Shown: positions 11,921 through 24,600, counted from the stretch's first letter. The stretch is 64,000 nucleotides of DNA from Podarcis cretensis (GCA_951804945.1 OX638149.1:81344001-81408000); one strand, 5' to 3'. A program made the numbers and translations. The notes: generated by a model from the letters alone, not told the origin.

Positions 11921-13743
11921 AGAATAGCTTTGCTGGATCAGACAAATGCCCTTTTAGTCACTGGCCAATCTTTCTCCTGCAAATGCTCCTCAGAGCAACT
12001 GTTATTCAGAAATATGCTGCTCAGCCACCATGACTTCCAAGTTCACCACTTCACCAGCTGCCACTGGATATACTAATGAAGAACTGGATACTTTGAGGAT
12101 CCCCACCTCAGCTTGCAGACCCAAGGCTTCGTTTCTGCAACTAAGATGTACTTTAATTCCACCATGAAAGAAATCTAGCTGTTTCTTCACAGTTTCAGTA
12201 ATTTAGAAGCCAGCACTGTGGTTGAACCACTGACATTTCTAAGAGTGATGTTGCACTGCCCCCAACATTGCACGTACCGTTGCCAGTTGTCCAAGAATTT
12301 GCAAATACATGAGAATTCAAGGACTACTTGTGATGCACAATCTTCAGCTCTATTAGTAGAAGCTTATCTTGTGGCCAGCAGGCCTCAAGCAAGAACATGG
12401 GAGTGAGAGAATGTGCTAGATGGAAAAAGTGTGGATTTTTCAGTGCCTCACTGGAACTGGGGATGATGTGCTGTGTGAAGGGGAAGTTCTGGTCACCTCT
12501 CACCTTTTGTACTGTCTCTTTAAGAGTGAGGCCCAGAAAGCCTCAGCAGCACCTGCAGGCCATGTGAATGAATTGGGAGAAACAGTTTTCAAGTTTGGGG
12601 AAGAAGCCATTAGGAGCGGTAGGGCCTGCATAATTTCCTCAGAAGCTGGATGGTGCTGCTGGAAGTGAAAGACAGGCAATGGTATTTGAGGAGAATAAGG
12701 TAGGCCTTGTCTATCCCCACCTCAGTACAAGAAGTCTGAGCTAAACCTGGTAATATTGAGATTCTGAGATGACCACTGCAAACTGATAATCTGGCAACTC
12801 TGAAGTGGGGATTAAGAAATATGCCTTTGTAGAGATGGGACACTGGCAGCAGGGCTTTATCTGAGTCAGTTTTAGTTTGGTTTGGTTTTCTTTAATTTCT
12901 TCATGAGGCAATAAAACACAAAAAGACAAATCAGGCAGTAAAAGCTGACCAATATAAGCAGACCGTGATGAAAGTTCAAAGACAACACATTTAAAACCAG
13001 TCTCAAAGCAAAGTGGGACAACAACCCTGTCCCCTCACAAAATCCTTTAACAAATGTCTACAAACACACTGGCTGGGAGTTCCATAGACTTGATATTCAG
13101 TGGAAAAGGCACTTTGCATCCTGTCCTGAGTGAAGTGACGAGGGATAATTAAAGTTCTAATAGGGATGTAGGAGAAATTTGGTTCAGTTCCCATCTGCCT
13201 TGAATGGCAAGATTTGGTGGTATTCAAGCATTTGAAAACCAAAGGTAGCCATGTTGGGTGGAATCTACAACCAGGGAACGATGATTGGCTTTGCATTTTA
13301 AGGGTTAAATTCCCCTCCAGTAACTTAGTAATACTATACAAGTAACCCTCTTTACCTAAGGCACCATCCTTAATCAATCCCTGGCTTTGCTAAATGAAAG
13401 ACTGCCATGTTTCTTTTTTACTTGTGCTCTCGGCCTACCCAAGGAACCAAGTCCTTGGCTGAAGGTTTGGGACAGTTCTGGATTACAAACCAGACTTTAA
13501 TTTAGTAATAGTTACTCATTTTGGGAACAATGGAGTGTCTTTGAAAATGAGAATTCCCTTAATATGCATTTCCTGTTTTCCATAAATTCCCTTAGATGAG
13601 GGATAGGAAACCCTTTTTTAGCCTGAGGGTTGCATTCTTTTCTGGGCAACCTTCTGAGTGTCAAATACCAGTGGTGGGTAGGGCCAGAGACAAGTGCGTA
13701 CAGCAGCAAGTGTGAATTTTATCTTTGTAGTGTAGGCTAGTCT

Positions 13744-13744
<1 letters not shown>

Positions 13745-13779
<35 letters not shown>
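13745..13779. repeat. (CA)n microsatellite
   Basis: Directly visible. Confidence 0.95.
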
Positions 13780-13781
<2 letters not shown>

Positions 13782-15842
13782 CTTTCTACCCTCTGTCCAG
13801 GCAAGCAAAAAACATATCAGTACTCAAATTATAGCCAGGCAAAAGCACTAAGGAAGATGCAGAGCAGGGCTGTTGATGAATGTGACACAGGGAGAGTACC
13901 AAGAGCTTGGAAGGCCTGCTCTGCTTGAAGGAAGTTGCCTTTGTGTTGAAGGATCCTCATTCTATTATCTATCATACTGTTTGTCTGCAAATGTATTGTT
14001 CTGCTGATGACTTGGCTGTGACAAAACCATCAGCCTCCAAAGCTGTGCAAGGTCAAATAACACCACCGATACATAACGCCACTGGTGTTACATGGTTGGG
14101 TACATGCTGTCTGTGTTTTATCACTGGTATTATACACGGTATTAGGTGGCAGAAGTCAGTATAAACAATTATGATGGTGCACGGTTGGTTAAGTTTAATC
14201 TGATGCATTCCGAGCTAAACACAGGGCAGATGTAGAGGTTTCGATACATGCACAAGAGGCAGAAGGAGGTGATACCTTGCTCCAAATCACATTGTCTGGA
14301 GTTTGAAGCATGGACCTGAGGAACAGGGTCTTCTCAACAGTGTCACCTTACACTATAGAACTCCCCAAGAAACTCCTTCCCAGGGATGTCCAGAAAAACT
14401 GTAAAATTGTTGTTTAAATTTCAGCAAGCATATTGTGGGTAGTGACTCATTTTAACTGTTGTAATGGCTGCTGTTCATAAGTTTGGAAGATATTTTAGGA
14501 TTTTGCTTTAACTGTTGGATTTTGGGATGATTACTTTTATTATGCTTTTATGGTTGCCTTATGGGCTGATAAGTTACAATATGTTGGCAGCTCCTCTGAG
14601 GGCCCTTTGGAGGTGTATGGTGGGATATAAATCCAAAACTAATATAAACAAACGTATACAGAAACAGGAATTCCCTGCTGTGGGAGGAGTACCGGTACAC
14701 TATAGTACCGGTTACTATAACAGATGGTAACACATATTCCATACAGATAGAGCTATGTTTGTTATCCCCCTCCCCAATTTCCGTTAGTCTGATGTGCAGT
14801 CCACCTAACCCAACTCTTTGGGTGACAACTGCTCCCCACTTCCCAGTGGAATGGGGTGGAAGCAATAGACCTCTCTGAAGTCCCAACTCAATTTGCCTCC
14901 CTCATCCTATGCCTGATTTTAAAAGAAATTGAGTTAGGAGATTTGATCAAAGATCACCAATATCTTGTCTAGGCCATGTCCAGACAGGAGTATTATCTCA
15001 CAAATGGGTCATTAAGATCAGATTTTTTTTCTCTGTACACAGTTGGCACATGAGGGTCAACACATGGCCATTTTTTTTTAAATGTCTTTTTATTTTCTAA
15101 CAAACTCCTATTTTTTCACTCAACATATGAATGGCTATTCTGCTGCTTGTTGGCCACCTCACGACATAAGCTTGGCAGAAAATATATTGGGTGTAGGTAG
15201 CTTGTTTGTTTTTGTCCCTCAATCACTCCTCTGTGCACATACACACACCCTGTTAATTTACAGGATTAAATTGTAGTTTACTTGTTCTTTCTTTCTTTTG
15301 GTACTATTCTGATTTAATAGAATTGTACAAGATCTGTCATAATAACAGCAAATTGGGGATTCTTGGTGCTCTGTGTATGTAGCTTTCTGTAAATTAAGAT
15401 CATTCTTCTTTCCCAGCCTTCTACAACTGACATCCAACTTCAATTTAAAGCACCTCAGGATCCTATCTTGTAGCTGGGAGGGAGGGGAATCAATCAGTCC
15501 TAAACCTCTCTCTCCAAACCTTTCCAAACACCCCTAGTTTGGCCCTCACCTTTCATTGTGATTATGCTGTTGTTTAGGTCCTAACTCCCTGACCAACTTC
15601 AAGCTTCCAGGCCAAGTCTAGTGCTTTGTATTCTAAATCCTTCCACAAACATGGCTCTGCTTGCTCCTCTGATGTTGACAGAATGGTATTGTGCTTGGAG
15701 ATGCAGAAATCACTCCACTCCACATGCTGGCAGAAGGAGAAACACCCTCTCGAGACAGAGACGTTCTTGGCTAATTATAACACAAGGAGGACCTTGAGTT
15801 TGGAGGCTCGCTGTTTAGCCCTGTTATTATTATTGCATGATT

Positions 15843-15954
15843 TTTTTAAAAATAATATTTATTAAAGTTTTAAATGTTACAAAAAGAGAAAGAGATAATT
15901 CCAAGTTAAACAAAAACATAACAACACATCACAGTAAAAAAAGAAGAGAATAGA

Positions 15955-15996
<42 letters not shown>

Positions 15997-16162
15997 CAGA
16001 AAAATAGAAACAATTAAAAAACACAACGAACCTTCCCATAACTTATCTTTCATTTACTTGTTTCCTTGACCTCCTCGCACCTCCCTTTTTTTGTATTCTA
16101 GTTCGGTTAGCTATTTCAGCAAATCCTTTCCATCTTTCCCAATTTTTATCCTATAATTTATC
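15843..16162 (-). mobile_element. Short 5'-truncated L1-type 3' UTR insertion containing (AAT)n
   Basis: 19-bp TSD ttattattattgcatgatt (15824-15842, 16163-16181); tttatt and T-run at left end. Confidence 0.75.
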
Positions 16163-16762
16163 TTATTATTATTGCATGATTAGCAAGGGGTTTGGGGAAA
16201 AGCCTTTTCATAAGTAGAGCTCAAATTGCCTTTGAACCTCTTGCATACTACTTACATGAATTTCTGATCGCTGTTAAGTGTTGTTGCACAATGTTTGTGT
16301 TGTTGCACAATGTTTTGCAAGAGTTGCCTCTCTGAAGGGCAATAATGCAGTGACATTGAGGTTGTATCACAAACAAAACAACTGCGGTGGTCCAGTATAA
16401 ATCCTCTACTAATGCTCTATTACTGTGTAAATGACATGTTGCAGAATGCATTCTCAGAAAAGCAACCAGTCTCGTGGGGCCCATGGTCAGCATTGATAGC
16501 ACTGAAAAGTCGGCCCCGTAGCATTTCCAAAGGCTAAAAGTTGGCTTTAGGAAATGGTTGTGAAGACTCTGGAGAAGACGGCTAATTAAATCTTTCCCCA
16601 GGCTCCCTGCCTGTATCTCAAGTGGGCTAGGAAACAAGCTCACATTGAGTATTGTTTCGTACTCTCACAGAGAGCCTGAGGGAGTTTGTTATTATTTTTT
16701 CCAGCTACAATTGTCGCCTTGCTTGTTCATTGGCACCCAGTGGCCTGGCTGAAGCACTGAAA

Positions 16763-17700
16763 CCTTTTTTTTAAAAAAATGTTTTTATAAAGAAATTATT
16801 GGCTTATGAAAGTACATACAGCATCTCTGTTTTCCATTCATAGAATCCTTTCTACAGATCAGTTATATGTGATGTGAGACACTAATGTTATGGACAGTAC
16901 AGTGGTACCTTGGGTTAAGAACTTAATTTGTTCTGGAGGTCCGTTCTTAACCTGAAGTACCACTTTAGCTAATGGGGCCTCCTGCTGCCGCTGTGCCGCC
17001 GCTGCACAATTTCTGTTCTCATCCTGAAGCAAAGTTCTTAACCCGAGGTAATATTTCTGGGTTAGCAGAGTCTGTAACCTGAAACATCTGTAACCGGAGG
17101 TACGACTGTATAGGGTTGCAGAATAAGAGAGGGGAGGAGAAGAGGGGGTAGTAAACTTTCATTCTTTTATGTGCAAGGTTTCTGTCTCAGCGTCTTGTGG
17201 GTAGGTTCTCTTTCTATTCATTTATTACTTTTCATTGGTGGTGAGGGAGGTTGGGGGGCCCAGGGCATGGTTGGTTGACATTAGTTGGCTGCACTGAGTT
17301 TTATTTCCATGTGTGAGGGAGACGAGTTTTTGGATCCAGTTAGCCACATCAGTTTGCATGCTTTCAGTGGGTTCTTGTTGTTGTATTGTTGGGCTGTGTA
17401 TGTAATGAAGGGAAGCCACACCGGGGTGAAGGTGTCCTCTTTTGTTTGTTCCTGTGCTAATTTCAATTTGTTGGCAAGTTTTTCTAGTAGGGCTGTTTCC
17501 CATATGGTTTGGTACCCATGGTCCATGTTCACTCCTGACAGGTCCCTCCATGTCATGATGCTCCTGGCTGCTGAGAGTAGGTGACTTACAAATTCTTTGC
17601 AGTGTGAGTGTGCGCTGTTGTCTTGGAAAAAAATACTCAATATGGCCAGTTTTGGTGTGGCTTCTAATACCTTATCGATGTGCTGGCATGAAAGAGAGAT
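16763..17700 (-). mobile_element. L1/Tx1-type LINE 3' fragment
   Basis: ORF 17281..17640 resembles an ORF2 C-terminus (HLLSAARSI..W..WETALLEKL...W.PF); poly-T at left end. Confidence 0.65.
16900..17108. mobile_element. Second Tigger-like MITE copy, nested in the LINE 3' UTR
   Basis: Same TIR (cagtggtacct...aggtacgactg) and TA TSD; shares internal sequence with 10889-11113. Confidence 0.9.
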
Positions 17701-18329
17701 GGAGGTCAGGAGTGCTCCTTTGGAAATGTTTGTTCATTGTCTAATGGGAAGACTCCAGTGTCTCCCTCGGCTCTGTGTTACATAGAGGTGGAAAAGGCCA
17801 AGTAGAAGAACATGGAATCAGTTGTATATGCAGAAGGGGGCAGGAGCGGGTTGCAGGTCAGCTTGCCATAAATCAGGTTTACAGCAATTTGTTGAGATGA
17901 GATTAGCCTAGCTGTAAAATGCAAAGTGCAGGATTGAAAGCAAGAATAAACCTGCCACATGGCAGCAGAAGAGAATGGGAAGTATATGGATTTAGGAGTC
18001 ATGAATTTGATTCTCCGCATCCCATTTCCCCCATACGGCAGTTTTAGGCAAGTCATTATATTTGTCAGTACTCTAGTTTCTGCCCAGAGAAACAGAATTT
18101 AACTACAAGGCTTGTTTTGTTTTCTACAACCCAGACTTGGCACTTGGGAGGGAGTGCTGCCTCTGACCATGCACAGAGTGCTTTTCTTTTCCCATTAGAT
18201 TATGACGTAGTTCTCACACATTTGGGTTTAGTGGGAGATCTGCCAAGACAGAATCTGTGATTCCTTGGTAGGCTTGAGCCCTGGTACATCTTAATTCAGG
18301 AACCAAGCATTGAATGTTTTATTTAACTT

Positions 18330-18800
18330 CCTCCTCCTTTCTTCTTTGGTGATCACTCGTAGCCGAGTAAGATTTTCTTCCATAAGCACGGTTTTAACAA
18401 TGAGTCTGTAAGTGACTGTGGAGGTCAATTCTGAATCCACATGTCCTTCCACAGTGGGGACATAGGTTTCTGGGTGGAAGTTGATCACGGTGTGGATTTG
18501 CCAAGTGTGCCTTCCTTTTAGCACGTTTCTCCCTTGCATTCTGAGTTCGAGTGTCTTCAAAGTCCATGACACCTTTGGTAAAGGCCGTTCTCCAACTGGA
18601 GCACTCGCAGGCCAGTGTTTCCCAGTTGTCGGTGTTTACTACATTGTTTTAGATTTGCCTTGAGAGAGTCTTTAAACCTCTTTTGTTGACCACCAGCATT
18701 ACACTTTCCATTTTTAAGTTCGGAATAGAGTAGTTGCTTTGGAAGACAATAATCGGGCATCCAGACAACATGACCAGTCCAACGAAGTTGGTGTTGAGGG
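18330..18800 (-). mobile_element. RTE-clade LINE 3' fragment
   Basis: HQLRWTGHVVWMPDYCLPKQLLYSELKNG...GGQQKRFKDSLKANLK. Confidence 0.88.
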
Positions 18801-20229
18801 CCAAGCATACTTTATCAGACTCCAGTGGTAATACATTAACTGATAAAACAGTTAATTAAAAGTGCTTCAAGGTTCTCTCCCCTCCCCCCCAATTCTAGGA
18901 CTAACCCTGGCTTTTAAAGCAGCTTCTCTGTTGGCGAACACTGGCTCAAATAAAGTCCAGATTTCACTGGGCCAGATCTTTGACAGATTTTTACCACTTA
19001 CATCTGATACCTCAAATATAGGCTCACCGCAGGAGGAATATTGCATCCATTATTCATGCCTTGGTAAACTTCTGGCTAGATTACTGCAATTTACTTTACA
19101 TGGGACTGCTCTTAGCAACTAAGTGCATAATCTAGCAGCCTGTCTTGAAAAAACACCCTTTAGCATGTGAACTTCTCTGTCCTCTGAGGTTATCTAATGT
19201 AGCACTGCTTCCTGTGTCCTCCACACAAAAGATAAAATCCCTCTTGAGCATTAAAACCCTTTTGGTTTCACCAATTATTCGTTTTGTTTTCTTCGTGCAA
19301 GGCTTGTCATTTGGATCCAAGTTCCTAAAGAGGTTAACCATAAAAGATGAATTAAACACACACACACATTAAAAGAGGAAATGCATGAAACATACTAACA
19401 TGGTCCTCCAAAACAGCAATTAAAAACAGCTGTGTTTAATTGGCGTTAGGGTTGGTGCTGGCTGCTTTCTCTCGTTTGCTGCTTTACTGTTACGTTCATG
19501 GGTTTTCTGATTTTAAACAATGTGAATTTATTGTATCGTTATCATTAAGGCAAGCTACCTTAAACACCTGACTGAAAAGATGGGGAACACATCTTAGAGT
19601 GAGTGGAGATTGAACAAGTATAGTATTGGGGAATGAAAAGTTCCTGACCCAAAGTTACCTGGGGATAAAGAGAACTCAGTGGGACTTAACCTCAGAGCAG
19701 ACATGCATAGGATGCTTACTCACAGGCTCAGGACTGGTTCTGATTCCAGGTTCTTTATCAGAACTGGATCCTAACTAAATGTGCTGGTGGTGAGTTGGAC
19801 AACCTCAGGAAGGTGTTCTTGATGGTGAAACTGCTGGCTGGGTGTGTCAGAAAGAGTGTGCTAGCTGGGTGTGGCTGACTGGGTGGTGCTCATGGCCCCA
19901 GGGAGATGCTCGGATTCTCTTAGTCAAGCTAGGGCCTGTGCTTGTTCATCAGCAGGCAAATATGTATGTATATATGGGGGGGGGGGTTGTTTCACTCTGG
20001 CTTCCACAGAAAGAAAAGGATTTTTAAAATTCCTAGGCAAATGCCCTTCCAAAACAGCAGTTAAAAACAACAAAATATGAAAAGAACAGTCATATCCCCC
20101 AAAATTAAAGCTGTAACTCAGCAACACCCTACGTATTGCTGTTTTTAACAGAGGTGGGGAAACCAAAAAGCAAATTAAAGAGGTGTAGTTGTCCATGGCC
20201 TCCAAAAATCTAAATTTGGCTTTTTAGCA

Positions 20230-20770
20230 CAGGAAACGGTGCCTTATATTGAATCAGATCATTGGTTCACTTACTGGTAGCAGCTCTCCAGGATTTCGGG
20301 CGGGAGTCTTCTCTGCCCTACCTAGAGGTATCAGGGATTTTATTGCTATTTATTCAATTTACGGTGTATCCTGCCCTACCTCCTGAAAGAGCCTAGTGCA
20401 GCAAAGAGGTCCACACTTCTTAAAACACACACAAACACAAACACAGTTAAACCATTCTGGAAGCAATTACAGTTCAAAGCATTCTAAAAGCAGGTACAGT
20501 TCAAAGCACTATTCCAGCCAGTGTTCTTGTGCTTGCCAGGAACAATATTCTTCAACCACCAAATGCCTGGGTAAACCGGAACATTTTCAAATTCCTCCTA
20601 GAAGTTATTAATGGTGGTGACAGGTGCACCTCGCTAGCGAGGGCATTCCACAGCTGGAGAAGCACCTATGAACAAGGCAATGTCATGGGTCAGCACCAAG
20701 TTGGCAGCCCCAGGGCTGAACAAGGGACCTTCTGCATTCAAAGCAAATGCTTTACTGTGGAGATACCACC
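20230..20770 (-). mobile_element. tRNA-derived SINE interrupted by an L2-like 3' fragment (~20340-20700)
   Basis: SINE halves ...aggtatcagggatt and gaacaagggaccttctgc... flank an L2-like tail. Related SINE copies at about 2625-2710, 37630-37790 and 59240-59370. Confidence 0.5.
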
Positions 20771-23379
20771 AGTCCATGTATTTCTGTTTATTTTGGGCTT
20801 GCCTGTTTGAAATAATTTTGTACCACTGTAATGTAAATAGTCTAGTTTTGTAGCATTCTTTATTTTTTTAATGAAATGTAAGCCACCTTTTGTGTTGCTT
20901 TGCCCCAAAAGGTACGTTTATTGAAATAAATGATAGAATTCCCACATTAGCTCACTTGTCCCTCCCTTCAGGTTGGGTTGTCTCAGTGGCCATGTTTGCA
21001 CATATTGGCTCCTGGGGAGATCACACCTGCTTTGCTCCTCCCCAGTCTTTTTAGGTGGTGCAGCACAGCTGCTAAGGCAAGCCTTGGCTTAGCACAGTTA
21101 TCTGAACTGGAGATTGTGGCTGAGCTTTTCCCTCTTTAACTATGGTGTGTAGCCAAGGTTTTTTCTTGGTTGTTGATTGTGGTTAAGGAGGAGAAAGTTT
21201 AATCACAATCTTGGGTTCAGATGACACACTAAGTCCAAGGCTTGCTTTAGCTGCCATGCTTCCATGAGCTCAAAGGTGGAAAGCAGATGTGAGCTCCGCT
21301 CTGGGAACAGGCATATTTGTGTGGTCCTCATCAGCCATGGTTTGACTTACCATGATGTGCAGACTATGTTGCTCATGTTGTCCTCATGTCCTGCTATGCA
21401 ACTGCAGGGCACCTTTTTAAGGGAGAACAACCAGAGTGGTACTACAAGAGAGGACAGACGCTAGTGGGAATATTACGGTATTTAATGGTTGCCTGATGTG
21501 ATGCTGCCTGAAGGTGCCACTGCAAGTGTTAGGCAGTGATCTCACCGACTGAGGTGTGAGGCTCAACTCTGCTAGTTAAATTGGGTTTGAACAGTATCAT
21601 AATTCATATAACAATCATGACAACTCAATTATCAGGAAAATGTGCAGGGTCCAAGGTTTTACAGAAACGGTTTGTGTGACTGGGTATGTTAGGGTGAATT
21701 TCTGTACTAGGTTGGTTTTTTAACAAAGAAATGCTTTGACTTTGGGTTCACACTTTCTAAGTCACCTATGGCAGTGATGGGTTGGTGGGTGAGGCAGAAC
21801 GTAGAAGAAGTGTTTGTGCAATGAAAGGGGAAGAAAATGAATCCTTATCTGCCTGTTGAGGCTGTGCAAGCTAGCAGCGACTTGCTAACTGACATTGGAA
21901 GCAGTACCCAATTAATATTTTTGTTTGGAAAATAAGCACAACCAATGAGAAGCCAAATACCCTTTAAAAAAAAAAGGAAAAAAGTTCACTTTCCATTATG
22001 CCGATGCCTCCAGCTTGTCAAGTTGATAGGTGGGAAAGAAACTCCATACATATCTCTTGCTTAGCTGCTCCCTTGCCTTTTGGGATTGCTTCAGCCCAGG
22101 AATTTGTAGGCAGAAGTTGCTGTGATGTGCATGATTAAATAATTCCTTATTCCCCCCCCCTTTCAGAACTGATTGTCCCCAGCTCCCAAGCTATCTGAGC
22201 AGCCTGATTTAGGAGGAGGTAGGGAAAGCTTTTGTTGTTGGTGTTGCTATTGTTGAACAGTTGGGAATCAGAAATCCTTGGTGTCCCAAATATCAAGGGG
22301 TGGATGCCCATCTATCTTCTGCCCCACCTCTGATCTTGATCGCATGGGGAAATGCTTTGTATATGACAACACATATTGGCAGTGCCGATATCTTCTTTGC
22401 ATCTCTCCTCATTTTCTTCTGGGTCATCCACCTGTTGTGTTTTGTAAGCAAAGCAAGGTGAGCTGTTTTTGTGCTGCAGTCGAAGGTGCTCAGCTAGAGA
22501 AGTCCAGGTGACAGACTACTCCTGTTGTTCTTTTGTGTAAAAAACACAGAGCACACTTAGTAGTCATGCCAAGGTTTACAACAAAAATAAAAATTTATAT
22601 ATGGTTAAATTAAAACAATATAAGCAACTATCCCTGTATTCTAACAGCCAAGATAAAACCAGAAATAAAACTGATAGGTTTAAAAGGCCAGCCTATGAAA
22701 AATAACAAGTGAGTGGGTCTGATGGACCTCTTTAGGTAAGGAATTCCCATAGGGAAGATGCTCCTGTCAAGAAACCCTTTTTCCCTGATGCCTTTGTCTA
22801 GCCTAGGAGGGTGGGGTTCTCATATCATGCCTTCTTCTGATTATTTAAGAGTCTTCAGAGGAACAAATGAGATGAGACGAGACATGCCTTCCACTACCCT
22901 GGGCCCATACCCATGGAGCTTTAATGACAGAACAAATCCATAACAAAAACCAACAGGTTTCATTGACTTTTCAGCTTAGCCCAACTCAGCTGTGGGCACC
23001 CATCAGTCCAATGGAGTGGATATGGAAGGTCTGAGATCCTTAATTGTACCACTGCAGTCAAGAATAGTATCAGGTGAAACAGCCTGATCCCAATACTATG
23101 CAAAATCTGGAACCAGCAGCATAAGCACCCACTCCAGTTTGTCTGATGCACAGCTGGCCACCAGTATAATGCAATTGCATGGGTCAGTGTGTAATGGGCC
23201 TCTAACCTTGCTGGGCTAGGTATATACTGATGAGTTATTAAGATGATATTTACTGCATGGGCTCTATGACTCCTCCTTGCCCAGAGACTAAGAATGGATT
23301 CATGGAGACTGCATAAATGTGGAGCCTAGAGGTGATATGTGAGAGGTGGAAGTTTCTTTCTGTTATAGTTGTAGACCTA

Positions 23380-24150
23380 ATGAATTACGTAATTTTCGCT
23401 CCAAAACACGCACTTTTTTGTTCCTAGAAAGTAAGGGAAAATGCCTGTGCGTGTTACGGAGCGAATGCACTCGACCGGAGCCATGGCTGCTGTCAGTCAA
23501 CCAAAGCGGGAGCCGCTTGCAGGGCTTCTGTCCCGCTTTGCGTGGCTCTAGCTTTGCTTGCTTTACAGCCAGGAGGAGGGGGAGGAGCCGAGGAGGGGGG
23601 AGGGAAGGAGAGCCGTGGCAGCAAAGCGAGCAGCAGCCACTTACAGGGGAGGAGGGACAGACGGGAGCCATAGCAAGCCGGAAAAAGCGCTTCGTAGCCA
23701 GCAACAGCTGCTGCAGCCTCAGCTAGCAAAGGTCCGTGCGCTCTCTAAACGGAGTAATGAGGCTGCAGAGGGACGGCAGGGCACAGGAGGGCTCTGAGCC
23801 ACGAGCACAGTGAAAACCAGTAAAAAAGTTTTTTAAAAGGCTGCTGGGGACAGGAGGGCGCGGGATGAGGGAGAGGGGGAAATTACTATTCTCCCAGCGT
23901 CTCAGCTGATCTGCTGAGCAGGACTTGGGTTGCAGGGGATTCTCCATTAGCTGCGTAAAGCAGCAAAGAGGGAGAGAAGGAGCAAATCGGAAGAGGAAAG
24001 GAGCTGCTTACACTGCTGTAAGTGGCTGCTGTCCGGTTGGCTCCTTTAAAGCAACAGTGCTCTTTCCCTACCCCCTCCCCACTCAGCTCGCTGAAAAGCT
24101 CCTTCTCCACACACCCCACGCGAGCTCCTTCTCCCCTTAAACCCCTCTCC
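23380..24150. promoter_or_regulatory. CpG-rich promoter-like island of the next gene
   Basis: Visibly higher CpG density than the CpG-depleted flanks; no recognisable transposon; AT-rich core ttttaaaa at 23831-23838; consensus splice donors on both sides. Confidence 0.65.
23645..23671 (-). CDS. Candidate first coding micro-exon MAPVCPSSP of a downstream minus-strand gene (possibly an upstream alternative PKP3 first exon)
   Basis: Kozak context gctATGG, 9 codons, then CCT|GTAAGT. The PKP3 identity rests only on mammalian B4GALNT4-PKP3 synteny. Confidence 0.4.
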
Positions 24151-24199
24151 TGCATTATTAGCAGCATCCGTCTCCACCAACCCCATGCGTGTTCCTTGT

Positions 24200-24600
24200 C
24201 CCTTGAATGCTTTTCCTTCCCTCCCCACTTAAAACGTGGTTACAAAGCACGGATCCACATGGATCCTCAGGATTTTTGCACTGGGTCACCCCAAGTTCAC
24301 CATCAGATCACACAGCATATCCATGGCTACAGCCTGCACCAAAAAACACACACACACACACTGTTTCATGGGGCTGCAATGGCGCAAAAACATGGTTACA
24401 AAGCATGGATCCACATGGATCCTCAGGATTTTTGCATTGGGCTACCCCAAACTCACCGTCAGATCACGTCTGTGACCACAGCATGAACCACAAAAATCAT
24501 ACATCCACTGTTTCGTTTAGAATTTTTTTTTCTTGTTTTCCTCCTCTAAAAACTACGTGCGTGTTATGGTCAGGTGCATGTTATAGAGCGAAAAATACAG
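24200..24600. mobile_element. Tc1/mariner-type element remnant with internal ~80-bp duplication
   Basis: Right end ttatagagcgaaaaatacag|ta resembles the CCGTATTT TIR; repeat unit ggttacaaagca.ggatccacatggatcctcaggatttttgca at about 24231 and 24388. Confidence 0.65.

Noticed and set aside
1-23300. Search for PKP3 coding exons or any other gene
   Set aside because: No armadillo-repeat or PKP3 head sequence recognised; ORFs here are transposon-derived or look random
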